In this document: piece after piece, positions 1-12,389 of the stretch
How the letters are laid out: each line of letters begins with the position of its first letter
Numbering within the stretch: the first letter of the stretch is position 1
Assembly: GCA_973895155.1 (NCBI GenBank)
Contig: OZ316894.1
Coordinates: forward strand, 62,001 to 126,000
Origin: Marsupella aquatica
Lineage: Eukaryota > Plantae > Marchantiophyta
DNA length: 64,000 nt
Reading direction: 5' to 3'
Position numbers and translations under genes: made by a program
The notes under the pieces: model-generated
The model's input: only the letters and a program-made list of their open reading frames with translations
Told to the model about the DNA's origin: nothing
Databases searched by the model: none

Positions 1-812
1 CCATGGTCCACTCCATAGAATTTGCGGCCGACTCCCTTGAAGAGGGCTTGCACTTGACATGGAGTAGCAATGTCCTTGAAACCAAGGTGGTTGTGTTTCA
101 TACATCGGTGATTTGCCATCGTCCGCTGTGATCTACAAAAGAAGATACATCTCGAGCAAGAGAATCCCCAATGAATGAGGACGCCCGGAACTGGAGACAA
201 CAATTCTGCAATTGGATTGATTGTGTATGGTAGTAGGGACGCATCATTTGTACGTGTGAACAACACACCCTGCAACAAAACCGACAATTGCTCTGGTGTT
301 GGATTCGTGATTGAATTTTGTGTTGCAACTCTCACCCTGCCCATGTTCCTTCGATGACTTCCAACATGATGGATAATGCTACTTCCTTCCGTGTGCTGAA
401 GGGCTATATGGCATTGCAAGCATACTAGAAGAACAAGGTTGTTGTGGTGAACAATGCAAAGCTTTGCATTTCTCAACATGTCTGGTGTTGCTAACAGGTC
501 ATGATCTAGGATAGTGGTGGGGACTTGGTTGACAATTGGATCGTCTACATCCATGAACGGGTCAACTCCTACTGCTTCATTGTGTTTCCTTTTGTAGTGA
601 AGACGTAAACTATCACTACGGGGATAGGACGAGGAACATGTGGCCACAGGGCAATGGAATCGACCATCCTCTTCTTTCTCAATGATCTGGGTTGTGCCAT
701 TGTTGAGCTGCAATTGGTAAGTAGAACGGTGAACTGAGCGGGAATGGGAACTGCGAGAGTTTGCTGACTGAAATTCTTCCCCACACTGACTACATCCAAA
801 TACTGTCACCAT
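1..812 (-). CDS. Multi-zinc-finger protein: two C2H2 fingers plus a DUF3505/OrsD-like module; 5' part only, runs off the window edge
   Basis: Manual translation from ATG at 812, which follows a pyrimidine-rich ...catgcag acceptor, is open to base 1 (about 270 codons). It contains FGCSQCGEEFQSANSRSSHSRSVH, FHCPVATCSSSYPRSDSLRLHYKRKH, LVCLQCHIAL..IIHHVGSH and PVPGVLIHWGFSCSRCIFFCRSQRTMANHRCMKH..CQVQALFKGVGRKFYGV. It is absent from the ORF track, presumably because it has no stop in the window. Confidence 0.8.
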   Translation of the reverse strand, partial: MVTVFGCSQCGEEFQSANSRSSHSRSVHRSTYQLQLNNGTTQIIEKEEDGRFHCPVATCSSSYPRSDSLRLHYKRKHNEAVGVDPFMDVDDPIVNQVPTTILDHDLLATPDMLRNAKLCIVHHNNLVLLVCLQCHIALQHTEGSSIIHHVGSHRRNMGRVRVATQNSITNPTPEQLSVLLQGVLFTRTNDASLLPYTINPIAELLSPVPGVLIHWGFSCSRCIFFCRSQRTMANHRCMKHNHLGFKDIATPCQVQALFKGVGRKFYGVDH

Positions 813-1228
813 CCTGCATGAAAAACAACAAAATTAGCTGATGCCATATTTTGCTCTGAAATTATATAGAGCTCTTCACATCAGATTTTCCCGTGGAGCT
901 CCACAATGGACTCTAAAGTCAATCTCAATTGGCCAACTATCGGACTAGTATTTTTCATTTTCCATTACCTATGTCCCAAGCTTGATCTGCACCATGAATG
1001 TGCAATCTAACCCAAAGCTTCACTGACATAGAAGTTGGTTGAGCATGTTCACACATTCAACGTACTTTGTGAGCACAGACACAAATTAAACGAATTCAAT
1101 CCGAATCTTCTCCAAAACCTGGTCAGTTGGATCATATTTTCACTATCTTGGGAAGTGAACTTGTACCATGCACTCTCTCGATGCCCTTGGGGCTAATAAT
1201 TACTCCAATGCCTCTAAAGCCACCAAAC

Positions 1229-1398
1229 TGTTGTAACCCAGGTTAAACCTACTTACCATAGTTCTACTTGCCTAACTAGAGTTCTACCTAACTCAGTTAG
1301 GATAACTGCCTCAGGGCAACGGCCTTCAAGCCGCATGTACTTATTCTTCTCCTTGGGAGTATACACGAGATCTTTTTCCATCTTGTCATGGTCCAACA
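1229..1398 (+). repeat. 5' LTR (170 bp)
   Basis: TGTTGTAACC...GGTCCAACA; reads identical to the 3' LTR by eye. Confidence 0.97.
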
Positions 1399-1412
1399 CG
1401 TTATCAGCACGA
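1399..1412 (+). promoter_or_regulatory. Primer-binding site, complementary to the anticodon arm of tRNA-Ile (half-tRNA type)
   Basis: CGTTATCAGCACGA directly after the LTR. Its reverse complement TCGTGCTGATAACG matches the recalled plant tRNA-Ile(AAU/IAU) anticodon arm TCGTGCT[A/I]ATAACG. Confidence 0.7.
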
Positions 1413-1747
1413 GTAGTGCTCTGGTTTTTTTCCTTAAATTTTTTTTCCTCCGCCCTTGAACGTCCAACGCGCACGCAATACACTCACCGCGTGAAGTTTT
1501 CAAGACTACGAACAGAGGCAAGGCGAGCGTGCAAGCAGCCGTGCACAACGCGATCGGACAATCAGACAAAGCGAGAGGCTGGAGTGCAGCAACCAACGCA
1601 AATTACAATCGACCACTCCAGCTAACACCTCCAATTATGAAAGCTCTTCACATTCCATTTATTCATGTCATCAATTTGTGAATTCATCAATCTAGACAAA
1701 TTGTATTTCCGCCACTGAAACGCATACTACATATAATCATAGTAATC

Positions 1748-4700
1748 ATGCCTCCGGCAACCATGGAAAAGTTATATTTCCAGCCATTAAGTATTGATGG
1801 CGCCAACTATCTTTCTTGGCAATTGGACATAGAGGCACACTTGACATCCAAAGACATTGCAGACACGATCACCTCCGACACAGGATCTACTTTACAGGAG
1901 CGAGCTCAAGCACTGATCTTAATCAGGCGACATTTGACTGAACCACTAAAGCTTCAATATCTAAACGAGCTCAACCCACGCCGATTGTGGGAAGCACTCC
2001 TTTCTAGATTTGACCATACCCGAACAATCTTCCTCCCGGCGGCCCTACATGATTGGATCAATCTGAGGGTGCAAGATCACAAAACCATTGCAGCTTACAA
2101 TAGTGAGCTGTTCCGCATTACCTCCCAACTCGCAGTCTGTCAAAAACCGGTGAATGATCAGGAACAGATCGAAAAAACTCTTTCTACATTCCATTCTACG
2201 AACATGGTCATTTCAACACAATACCGAAACATGAACTTTACCAAATACTCGGAGCTCATAGCCCATATGCTGCTTGCCGAAAAGCACCAGATACTTTTGC
2301 TGGAAAACACCAAGCAGAGGCCTCCGGGTACCTTACCACCCCAACCCCACACGGAGACCCATTTTAATAATCCACGCACTGACCCCGGAAGTTCCTACAG
2401 AGGGCGTGGCAACGGACGGGGTAGAAATACCTCTAGAGGCCGATGGGGCGATTTTAGGAGTGACGGTCGAGGCCAATTTCGCGCATCAGGCAGGGGCCGC
2501 GGCCGTTCACAAAACACCTACAATAGCAATACCTGGAAACAGCCACAGCAAGTCAGATCAAATCCTCGCAGCCACCCACAGAAACCAGAAGAAGCCATGA
2601 CCTGTTACAGATGTGGAACGAAAGGTCATGTCCAGAAACAATGTAGAGCACCTGCACATCTGGTCGCGCTCTATAAAGCCAGTATCGGCGAAGGCGCACG
2701 AGAATCACATGGGGCATTTCTTGATTCCACTGAGATAAGACCAGAAATACACTTAGCTCCTATTTCAGATGCACATAATCCATTAGATGATCCTACTTGT
2801 TGCATAGTCGACAGTGGGACTTCCCACTCCATCCTCAGGGAGCGCAAACATTTCAAATACATTGATCCATCCGATAGAAGTGTCACGACTATCCTAGGCA
2901 ACCATCAATTAGAAGAGGGAAATGGCCCTGCGATGGTAATCTTACCACAGAAAACAACCATACACATACGCTCTGCAATCTATGCCCCCCGAGCCACAAG
3001 AAACTTACTAAGTTTCAAGGATATCCGAGAGAACGGATTCCACATCCAGACAAACACTATTAGTGGCCAAGAGGTGTTGAATATACTAGAGACCACTGCA
3101 TCGGGAACTACGATCAAAGAAACATTAAAGGCGTTCCCATTAGGCTTTTATATAACAAAAATAGACAATTACCACGTAATATCCCAACTGATTAGCACCA
3201 CAGAACTATGGCATCGACGTCTCGGCCACCCAGGCCTACGAATGTTCCAGAGGATCCTCAAAGATTCTCGAGGCATCCCCGCCTCAGTGCACCCAGCCTC
3301 ATTGAAAGAACCATGCTTACCTTGCTCGCAAGGGAAGCTAGTCCTTCGCCCATCCCCAACGAAGACTGACAAAAGGATACCCAAGTTCCTAGAAAGAATT
3401 CATGCAGACGTATGTGGACCAGTGGACCCCCCCAGTGGCCCCTTCCGATTCTTTCTGGCCATAGTAGATGCCTCCTCGAAATGGTCTCAAATTTCACTCC
3501 TTTCCACCCGAAATTTAGTATTCTCCAGACTCCTTGCCCATATACTTAAACTTAAGACACAGTTCCCGGAGCATCCCATTAGAACTCTTCGAGTAGATAA
3601 CGCTGGTGAATTTACGTCAAAAACATTCGAAGATTTTTGCATGACTGCTGGAATTGACTTAGAGTACCCAGTCCCCTACGTTCACTTTCAAAACGGGATG
3701 GCCGAATCATTGATTAAGCGTATACAAACCGTAGCGAGGCCACTCCTCATGCAGACCAACCTTCCACAAATAGCCTGGGGACACGCAGTCCTTCACGCAG
3801 CAACTCTACTACAATATCGCCCCTCCGCATTTAACGATGCATCTCCTCATAGTTTAGCCTTCGGATCCAATCCCAACTTATCACACTTTCGCACCTTTGG
3901 CTGCGAAGTCCTCGTTCCGATCATGGGTCCCAAACGAACCAAACTTGGTCCACAACGCCAGAAAGGTGTTTATGTTGGTTTGGACTCACCGTCCATCATA
4001 CGATATCTCGACCCGACCACGACAGATCTTTATAAGGCACGAATGGCAGATTGCCATTTCTATGAGTCGGTATTCCCTAAACTGGGAACCACACAAAACC
4101 TCGAGAATACGAACAACCAACAATTAAAATGGCAGATTGACTCCAAATTTTGGAATGACCCTCGGACCCCACTAGCGGATCGCGAGGTACAAAGGATCCT
4201 CCACCTTACCAAGGTACTTGGAGACCTCCCGGATTCCTTCGCGGATGTAGCCCAGGTCACCCGATCGCATGTACCAGCCGCCAATACCCCTTCGAGAATT
4301 GAGACCGATGGACAGCCATCAGCCGAGGTAGTCCCAAGGCAGAAACGAGGCAGGCCACTCGGTTCCACTGACAAACGCCCGCGCCAAAGAAAACCCACCA
4401 TTCCTACAGTCAATAATGCCATACTCCAGCCACCATCATTAGAACAAGGAGAGGAAATCTCCATACATTATAATAAAACCGGACACATCTGGGATCGATC
4501 TACTTTAAAGATGGACGATAGATTCACTTTCCAAATCTCAAAAGACATCATAGCGGACTTACCCGATCCCAAAACGATTGCAGAAGCCCAGAAACAAGAA
4601 GATTGGGAACATTGGGAGAGAGCCATCAAATCTGAGCTAGACTCACTGATCTCCCGACAGGTCTTCGGACCAATCACTCGGGCCCCTCCACAGACACACC

Positions 4701-6316
4701 TTACGGGATATAAGTGGGTGTTCGTAAAGAAACGAGATTCCAAAGGGACAATCGTGAGATACAAGGCCCGATTAGTGGCCAGGGGATTTACACAAATTCC
4801 CGGCAAAGACTATGACCTCACCTATTCTCCAGTCATGGACGTCATTACGTACCGGTATTTAACTGCGTTCGCACTCCACCATCAATTATCCATGCATCAA
4901 ATGGATATAGTCACAGCTTATCTCTACGGCACGTTAGATAAAATGATACACATGGAAGCCCCACCAGAATTGATATCTAGAGTACATTATCATAGTCAGG
5001 GGGAGAATAACACAGAAAACGTCAGCCAGAACAACGACTACTCATTCAGGCATACTGATCATGCCATACTATAGAAGACTTCAAAAGCAATTGCATTCAT
5101 TCAGCAATCTGCACACCCCGCCACGGGCGCACTTCCTGCTAAGACAAAATTTGCTGTACAAGTTTTACGTTCTCTGTATGGCCTCAAGCAAAGTGGCCGG
5201 ACCTGGTACTACAAATTCAAGGATGAAATGCTAGCTATGGGTTTCAAGAACAGCGAGATAGCTCCCTGCGTGTTTATCAAATGCGAGGGCAGTGAACTCA
5301 TAATCGTCGCTATATATGTTGACGATCTTAATCTGTTCGGAACCGCTAAGATTATGCTAGAAACGATACACATACTCAAACGTGTTTTCGAAATGCAAGA
5401 CATGGGGCAAACTACTTTTTGCCTTGGCCTACAGTTTGAGCATCTCCCGAGTGGAATACTACTCCACCAGACCACGTACGTCAAGAAAATGCTCCAACAA
5501 TTCCACATGTCGACAAGCAAAGCAGTAAGATCCCCAATGGACCTACGGTCGTTGGACAAAGAAAAGGATATCTTTCGCAAAAGAGAGGAAATAGAACCAC
5601 TTCTTGGTTCAGAGAAACCTTACCTGTCAGCCATAGGGGCGCTCATGTTTGTTGCCAACCAAACCCGCCTAGACATAGCCTTCGCAGTCAATCTACTCGC
5701 CAGGCACAGTTCACAACCGACTATTCGGCATTGGAATGGAATCAAACGGATCTTCAAATACCTCCACGGTACATCTGATCTGGGCCTCTTTTACCCCCGA
5801 CAATCTCGCATCACACTAACCGGGTTTGCCGATGCAGGATATTTGTCAGACCCTGCAGACGCAAAATCACAAACGGGATACATCTTTCTCACAGGAAACA
5901 CTGCAATCTCTTGGAAGAGCACAAAGCAGACATTAACAACGACGTCATCCAACCATTCTGAAATCATAGCACTGTATGAAGCGAGTCGTGAGTGCATTTG
6001 GTTAAGGAATGTAATCAACCATATTGCCGAATGCACAGGAACGAATACACTAACTGTGCCTACTGTCATCTTTGAAGACAATCGGCCTTGTGTCGAACAG
6101 ATAGCAGCAGGTTTCATCAAAGGCGACAAAACAAAGCACATTGCACTGAAATTTTTCTTTGCACATGAACAAAATGGACACCAAATTGATGTGCGATGGA
6201 TTTCGAGTGCAGAGAACTCAGCTGATCTACTCACCAAGGCCCTACCACCTGCTATGCATCAGAAATTAACCTTCTCCATTGGAATGCGCAGCCTAAAAGT
6301 TTTGTTGCAGCCCTGA
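1748..6316 (+). CDS. Copia Gag-Pol polyprotein with a single in-frame TAG at 5072-5074
   Basis: CCHC knuckle CYRCGTKGHVQKQC, protease IVDSGTSH, integrase WHRRLGH..CLPC and VDNAGEF, RT YKARLVARGF, SLYGLKQSGR and YVDDL, RNase H ADLLTK. ORFs 1748-5074 and 5228-6316 are in the same frame and the interval between them is open. Confidence 0.93.
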
Positions 6317-6852
6317 TATTCATCGACCCCACGTTCCAGGGGGAGCACATCACCTGGAGAGTCTACGTAGCAACATGCACGCAACGTCCAAAAAAGCCGC
6401 GCTCACGGGCTCGACCAAACGCTGTGCGACCCACCATCTCACGACCATCCGAAGTATGGCCCACCATCTCCACGAGCCTCGAGCGAATGCGGCCCACCAC
6501 GACTAACTTTAGGGCTTACGATGCGGTTTCCATACGACTACTCACCACTAAAATGACACGACTTTACTCACGATACCGTCTCTATACACACATGTTACGG
6601 CATACACACCCTTAGTACCCCTGTTTATTCAGGACATAATTCTTTTTAGGATTCTGATTAGTCTACAACTGTTTTTGGAACATGGATGGTGATACTCTTT
6701 CCTCCCATTGATGGGGAGGTTTTAGAGAGGTCACATCCTATTCCCTAACTATATCATGATGAGAAAATAAAATAGGAGAAAGCAGAAGAATACAGTAGAA
6801 ACAAAGCAGGTTTAGAATGGGTACAACTTTTTCCCTGGAAAATGTCATACCC

Positions 6853-6861
6853 AAGGGGGAG
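6853..6861 (+). promoter_or_regulatory. Polypurine tract
   Basis: AAGGGGGAG immediately before the 3' LTR. Confidence 0.9.
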
Positions 6862-7031
6862 TGTTGTAACCCAGGTTAAACCTACTTACCATAGTTCTAC
6901 TTGCCTAACTAGAGTTCTACCTAACTCAGTTAGGATAACTGCCTCAGGGCAACGGCCTTCAAGCCGCATGTACTTATTCTTCTCCTTGGGAGTATACACG
7001 AGATCTTTTTCCATCTTGTCATGGTCCAACA
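6862..7031 (+). repeat. 3' LTR (170 bp)
   Basis: Copy of 1229-1398, followed by the TSD CAAAC. Confidence 0.97.
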
Positions 7032-7277
7032 CAAACTAATTAATAAAGCCCAAGAACTTATGCCATGGTAATTAGTGACACTATACGGTGTATATTGTCA
7101 TTCCATACGATAATAAATCACATACTATTATTCATTGTACAGTCTATGTTCTTATATTTTGATGTGCTATTACTAGGACACTGAGAACTTATACATACCA
7201 CGTACATACCCTAAAAAATTAAACTTAGAATGATAGAGCCTTGTGTATACATACTGCATCTAATGCCTAGTTGCAAT

Positions 7278-7712
7278 GAAATAAATAATTCTACTTCAGG
7301 ATATATTATTTATGTGTGTAGGACCCCCTAAATGTTTTCACTGGTAGTAAAGTAATCATTAAACTGTTAAACCCTTTCAAGGTATTATAAACACTTAATG
7401 AACACTCAACTATTATTTGATTCCTAACCAGAACAATCTTTATGGTACAACCTCTCGCCAAGTTATTGAGTATCCACCAGGCTACAAGTAGTCAATTCAG
7501 ATCGGCGGCAGAAGAATAATCATTTTGCCTTGAGTAACTCTGAAGTGTGATTCATCTATGCCTGGTTTGGCCTTGATTTGTCATCCGTCACATCTGGTCA
7601 TCCCGCCCCTATCCTGACACCGTCCCAACCCTATCCCAACCCTATCCCAACCCCACCCAGTCCCAACCACACCCCGTAGGGCAACATGTAAACTTGCCCG
7701 TTAACTCAAACC
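7278..7712 (+). repeat. Dispersed repeat, copy 1 (probably TE-derived)
   Basis: Aligns by eye with about 53390-53842, e.g. gtagtaaagtaatcattaaa, cctaaccagaacaatctttatggtacaacc and caagtagtcaattcaga. Confidence 0.8.
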
Positions 7713-9039
7713 GGGCATTTATCCCACACAAAGATCATCCAACCCCAGGGGCAAGTGAATAATCATTATGCATGGAGTAACTGTGGAGTGTGACTCATTT
7801 CTGCCAAGGGAAGATCATCCAAACCCAAGGGAACACAGTACATTGAAAATGGTCAGAACATTGAACTACACAAACAAAGAGGGAGCTCGACCTGTACTTG
7901 CTCTAGGTTGGTCTCCTAGTGGTGTTGGCTATGCTGACGAGGAAGAAGCCTGAAGCAAGCTGCCTCTCTCCGGCCACAATTCCAGGATCCTGAAAATTAA
8001 GCTTAGTTCACACCCTGACTTGGGCGTATGGCCAGGTTGACATTTTCCCTCCCTATCATTCTTATTGTTAGGAGAACAGGATTGACAGTTTTGAAGTAAA
8101 TTCTGGTGTATTATCCTTTCCTTTTAATTAGTAGATATTTAAAAAACAGAAGGGTTTGCAGAATTTATCACAAAGGACATGGTTACATTTCATTATATTG
8201 AGTTTATGATGGTTTTATTACATAAACCCTAATTTTGCTTTGAACTTTTTATTGAATACTCCACGTTTCTCAGATTGCACAAGGGGATCTGGTTGACATT
8301 GGGATGACTTTGTGAGTGCAAAATCTACTTCCTTTAGTAGTTGGGAAGCTATCCGCCCTCTTTCACAAGATATTGCCTTACAGTTCATTCAAAAGTAAGT
8401 TGGCTTCAAGCACTATTGTTGCCAATGATATGAAGCTCTATATGCACTTGGAGAAATGAGTTTCAGTTTCAGGTTTCTTGTCATTGTTTTTGGTCATCCT
8501 CAAGACACTAAATCCTTTTAGTGTTCTGTGCAGTGTCATTCATGCCAACATTGTACAAATATTGAGGCGAGACCAAGGAAAAAACTGTACACTCCTTGGG
8601 ACCAATCAATAGTAGATTTATGAAGGTGAGTACCTTAACATCAAAATTCCCCCTTTCTTCCCACCTACATGTTGAATTATTCATAAATCTAATGAAAAAA
8701 ATTACAACTTACGGCATTTCGGTACTCAGATCTAAAATGGTTCGTGTACTATTTGACCGGAATTGTAATTTTTACTGAATTGGAATTAAAAGAAAAAAAA
8801 TTCAGTGGATTTGTTTGCTACAGTGTGGGAAGATCTAAAAAAATTGACATCATAAAATTGAAGTTTACACTTTATTGGATTCTTCGTTATGAAAACATTC
8901 AAGTTGAACTTTTAGTCAGAAAAGTTCTTAAACTAAAGTCCTCAAGGTTTTGAAGGACAGTGTTTTCGAATGGCTATCAAAGATGTCACCTTTTGGACGT
9001 GGTTACAATTATCCCTATTTTCATTGCTCCCCGTGTGAA

Positions 9040-9556
9040 TGGGGGTACTCTTATCTCCTGAGGGTACCCTTGTGCTTGAGGGTACTCTTATCAGTGAGGG
9101 TACTCTTATCAGCGAGGGTACTCTTATCAATGGGTACGCTTATCAATAATGGTACTTTGATCAACGAGGGTACCCTTATCAATGAGGATACTCTTATTTC
9201 CTGAGGGTACCCTTGCGTATGAGGGTACTCTTATCAATGAGGGTACTCTTATATCAGCAAGAGTACTCTTATCAATGGGTACGCTTATCAATAATGGTAC
9301 TTTGATCAACGAGGGTACCCTTATCAATGAGGATACTCTTATTTCCTGAGGGTACCCTTGCGTATGAGGGTACTCTTATCAATGAGGGTACTCTTATATC
9401 AACAAGAGTACTCTTATCAATGGGTACGCTTATCAACAATGGTACTTTGATAATGAGGGTACCCTTATCAGTGAGGGTATTCTTATCTCGTAAGGGTACC
9501 CTTGTGTTGGGCCTTGTGCATGAGGGTACTCTTATTAATGAGGGTACTTTTATTAG
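9040..9556 (+). repeat. Minisatellite of about 18-bp units (GAGGGTACTCTTATCAAT) with a 145-bp higher-order period
   Basis: The marker tgggtacgcttatcaa recurs at 9131, 9276 and 9421. Confidence 0.9.
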
Positions 9557-10707
9557 TCATAGCAAACAACAAAGCGGGCAGGGAACCCCATGAAGGCGCC
9601 CCGCGCCGGCAGAAGGACTCCGAACGTACTGGAAAGACCCTAAACCTCACGAGACCAACATTTTGGGTATTGCATGGACAAATACTGGCCGAAGTACATG
9701 CCTAAATTTACCTGCTCTGTTTTAGTTCCCTAAACCAGGGGTGATTTTTTTTATCAAATCCATACGTTGTATCCTAGTTTTTTTCACACATGATGTAAAC
9801 CTACATAATGTGAAAGTGGGAGAGAAGAAAAATAGCAAAAACCAAAGCAAGCCAAAAAAATTCAGCTTTTTCCGGGAAGAAAAAAAAAACTTCACCTCCA
9901 GGAGGGAAGGAAAAAAACTCCAACTTCAGGCGCTAGGGAAAAAATTAAACCTGAGGGAGGGCAGGGAAGGAAAAACAATTTGAGCTTCAAGAAAGGGAAA
10001 CTTTAAGATTTTAGACAATAGGAAAACTTCAGGTAAGGTAAGAGTCAAATATTTTTTTGTAGTATTTGTAAATTAAAGTCGGGAGTTTTGAACGTATCTA
10101 TTCTCTTCAGTGAATTTATTTTGGCTACCTTGTTCCCCAGAAAGGCAAGCATTACAGTGCGTCGGTTGAAGTGCAAAGAAGATAGGACGGTATTTTCTTT
10201 CCTGGGTATTGACCAATAGACACATTATTAAAATATGGGGCACCATTTATTCTAGTAAACAATTCTCTCATTACATTCAATATAAATGGACCCTAAACTC
10301 CCCCTACCCCATTCTGGTGTAGTCGTTTATTTTTACCGTCAACCCTAGATTTTTGGACCCTAGAAGCGACATGTGAGGCACACTTCACATAAATCAAAAT
10401 TTATTTTTCCCCGGTCCCACATGACCTGCCAATTTTCCCTTGCATTGGACATTGGCATTTAGATAAAAAAACACTGCTCAAATAGATGGTTGTACAACAT
10501 AACAAATGTGCTGTACGACACCTCATTTGTGGCCAAAGACTGTTGGTGTAACACACAGTCTTCCTACTTTACCTAACCTGCATGATTACATCATGTCGTC
10601 GCGCACGTTTATAGTCTTTGTGTCCATGTAGGTAAAACCCCACATTTTTACAGCCCAGCCCAGCTTAGTACATTTCTTAATACATTCATTCATACTTTAA
10701 TTAATTA

Positions 10708-11120
10708 TTGGATTACCCTAGCATTTGCTTCGTATCTATGCGTAGGATACCCCGGCATTTGCTTTGTATCTATGCGTAGGATTACCCCAGCTTTTGTATC
10801 CATGGGTGTGGCCAATTTCCGAACATTAACCTTACTAGTACTTTATTAATTATAAGATTACCCCGGCTTGCGTTTCGTATCCTTGTGTAGGATTACCCCA
10901 GCTTTTGTATCCATGTGTATGGCACAAATCTTGAACATTAATTAATGTACATTTATTGATGGATAAGATTACCCCAACTTTCGTATCCGTGTGTATGGCA
11001 CAATATCCTAAGATTAACCTGTCTAGTACATTGCTTCGTGATTGGATTACCCCGAGGTTCGGACGTATTCCTAACATTAACCTTAGTTGTACATTACTCG
11101 ATTATTAGATTACCCTGAAT
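10708..11120 (+). repeat. Degenerate tandem repeat built on GGATTACCCC motifs
   Basis: About 8 (g)gattaccc motifs with recurring gtatccatgtgtatggc and aacattaacc segments. Confidence 0.65.
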
Positions 11121-12389
11121 TGTACACGTATATGGCCCAATTTCCTAATATGAACCATAATACCGCATTACATGACCTCAACTTTTGTATCTCTTATTGA
11201 CAATGGCCGCTTATCATGTAAACAGAGTCAAGAGTGTGTGGTTTTCTCAAAATACCCAGCCTTGTTCTTTTTCTTTAAACAATGTTGTGTGGGTTTATCA
11301 GAATACTTGGCCTTGTTCCTTTACAGATGAACACCTATTAAGATTAAGAGTGTACCAAGGGTTAGCACGAGGTGCAATACAATGCCCACAACAAGATAGA
11401 TTAGGCAACCATACTACCCTGTTGTGCCTATTTGTTCCCAAACAAACCTTCACCCCTAACCCCTACTAGAAGGTTGCCCATTCAACCTCCTTACAGTAGC
11501 AGGCTGAACAGAAATCAACATTGATTCTATATCAATCAACATCCGCCACAATGTTAATTCACTTTTTGAAGAGGGGAAAAAAAGTTCAGTTGAATTCAAA
11601 ATGGTGAATTCTTGCTCAAGCCAAAAACGTCATCCATTACACAAAAGTTTCTATTCATGTAAGGAAATAGTTCTTCAATGTTGAACGAAGACTTCTCTGA
11701 GCAACATCACATCATGTGCTCAGCGTGAAGAGTCCTGGTGATAAACTTGCTGCTGGTTTCTACTCCCCAAGGGATCCAACGTTCAGCTCCCGTGCACCTG
11801 CAGTCAGAGGTAGGTTTTAATTGAACTCATGTATCCTCATCCGATCACTACAAGCAAGGGCAATGTCAAGGTAGCAACCATTTCAGCTACATCTTAAATG
11901 GCCATATGTTGCATCACCTACAATCGTCTATACAAAAGTTCAGCTTAGTTACGCTTCAATTTTGTGTACAAGGATGTGTAAAATCTGCCAATGAACTATA
12001 ACAGTAATAAGAGCACCAGACTTTGAGCTGCTCACCATCTACAGGGGATATTTGTGGACCACATTATACCCAAAGCGCAAGTTTTTAGTGTTGCACCCAC
12101 AAAACTCACCACCTACACCATGAATTGATGACAAATCCACCATACACACAAGAGAAGACAACAGTTCCAGCTTATTGTGGGAATACCACACATCCCGAGT
12201 GGTACTGAATATGCAATCAATGAGGTCACACTTTTGCATCCATCCACAGCAATTCACCTTGCAATCATGAAATGGCGAGACCGTACCCTGCCTATCATTG
12301 TGCTTTTGGTAAATTTTGCCAAATGCACCTCAGCTTCCTCCTCTTTGACTGTTGTTTTCGGGTTCAACAGTTGTATCCCCTTCACCAGT

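Larger units (their letters stand above)
1229..7031 (+). mobile_element. Full-length Ty1/copia LTR retrotransposon, Bianca-like lineage
   Basis: TG...CA LTRs at 1229-1398 and 6862-7031; 5-bp TSD CAAAC at 1224-1228 and 7032-7036; PBS CGTTATCAGCACGA; PPT AAGGGGGAG; domain order gag-PR-IN-RT-RH; RNase H motif GFADAGYLSDP..KSQTGY is typical of Bianca. Confidence 0.97.

Noticed and set aside
8270-8400. Exon-like segment (cag...HWDDFVSAKSTSFSSWEAIRPLSQ...gtaagt)
   Set aside because: Each frame is interrupted by a stop, no family was recognised, and no partner exons could be established.
8942-9593. Short repetitive ORFs (IRVPSL / GTLINE)
   Set aside because: By-products of the 18-bp minisatellite.
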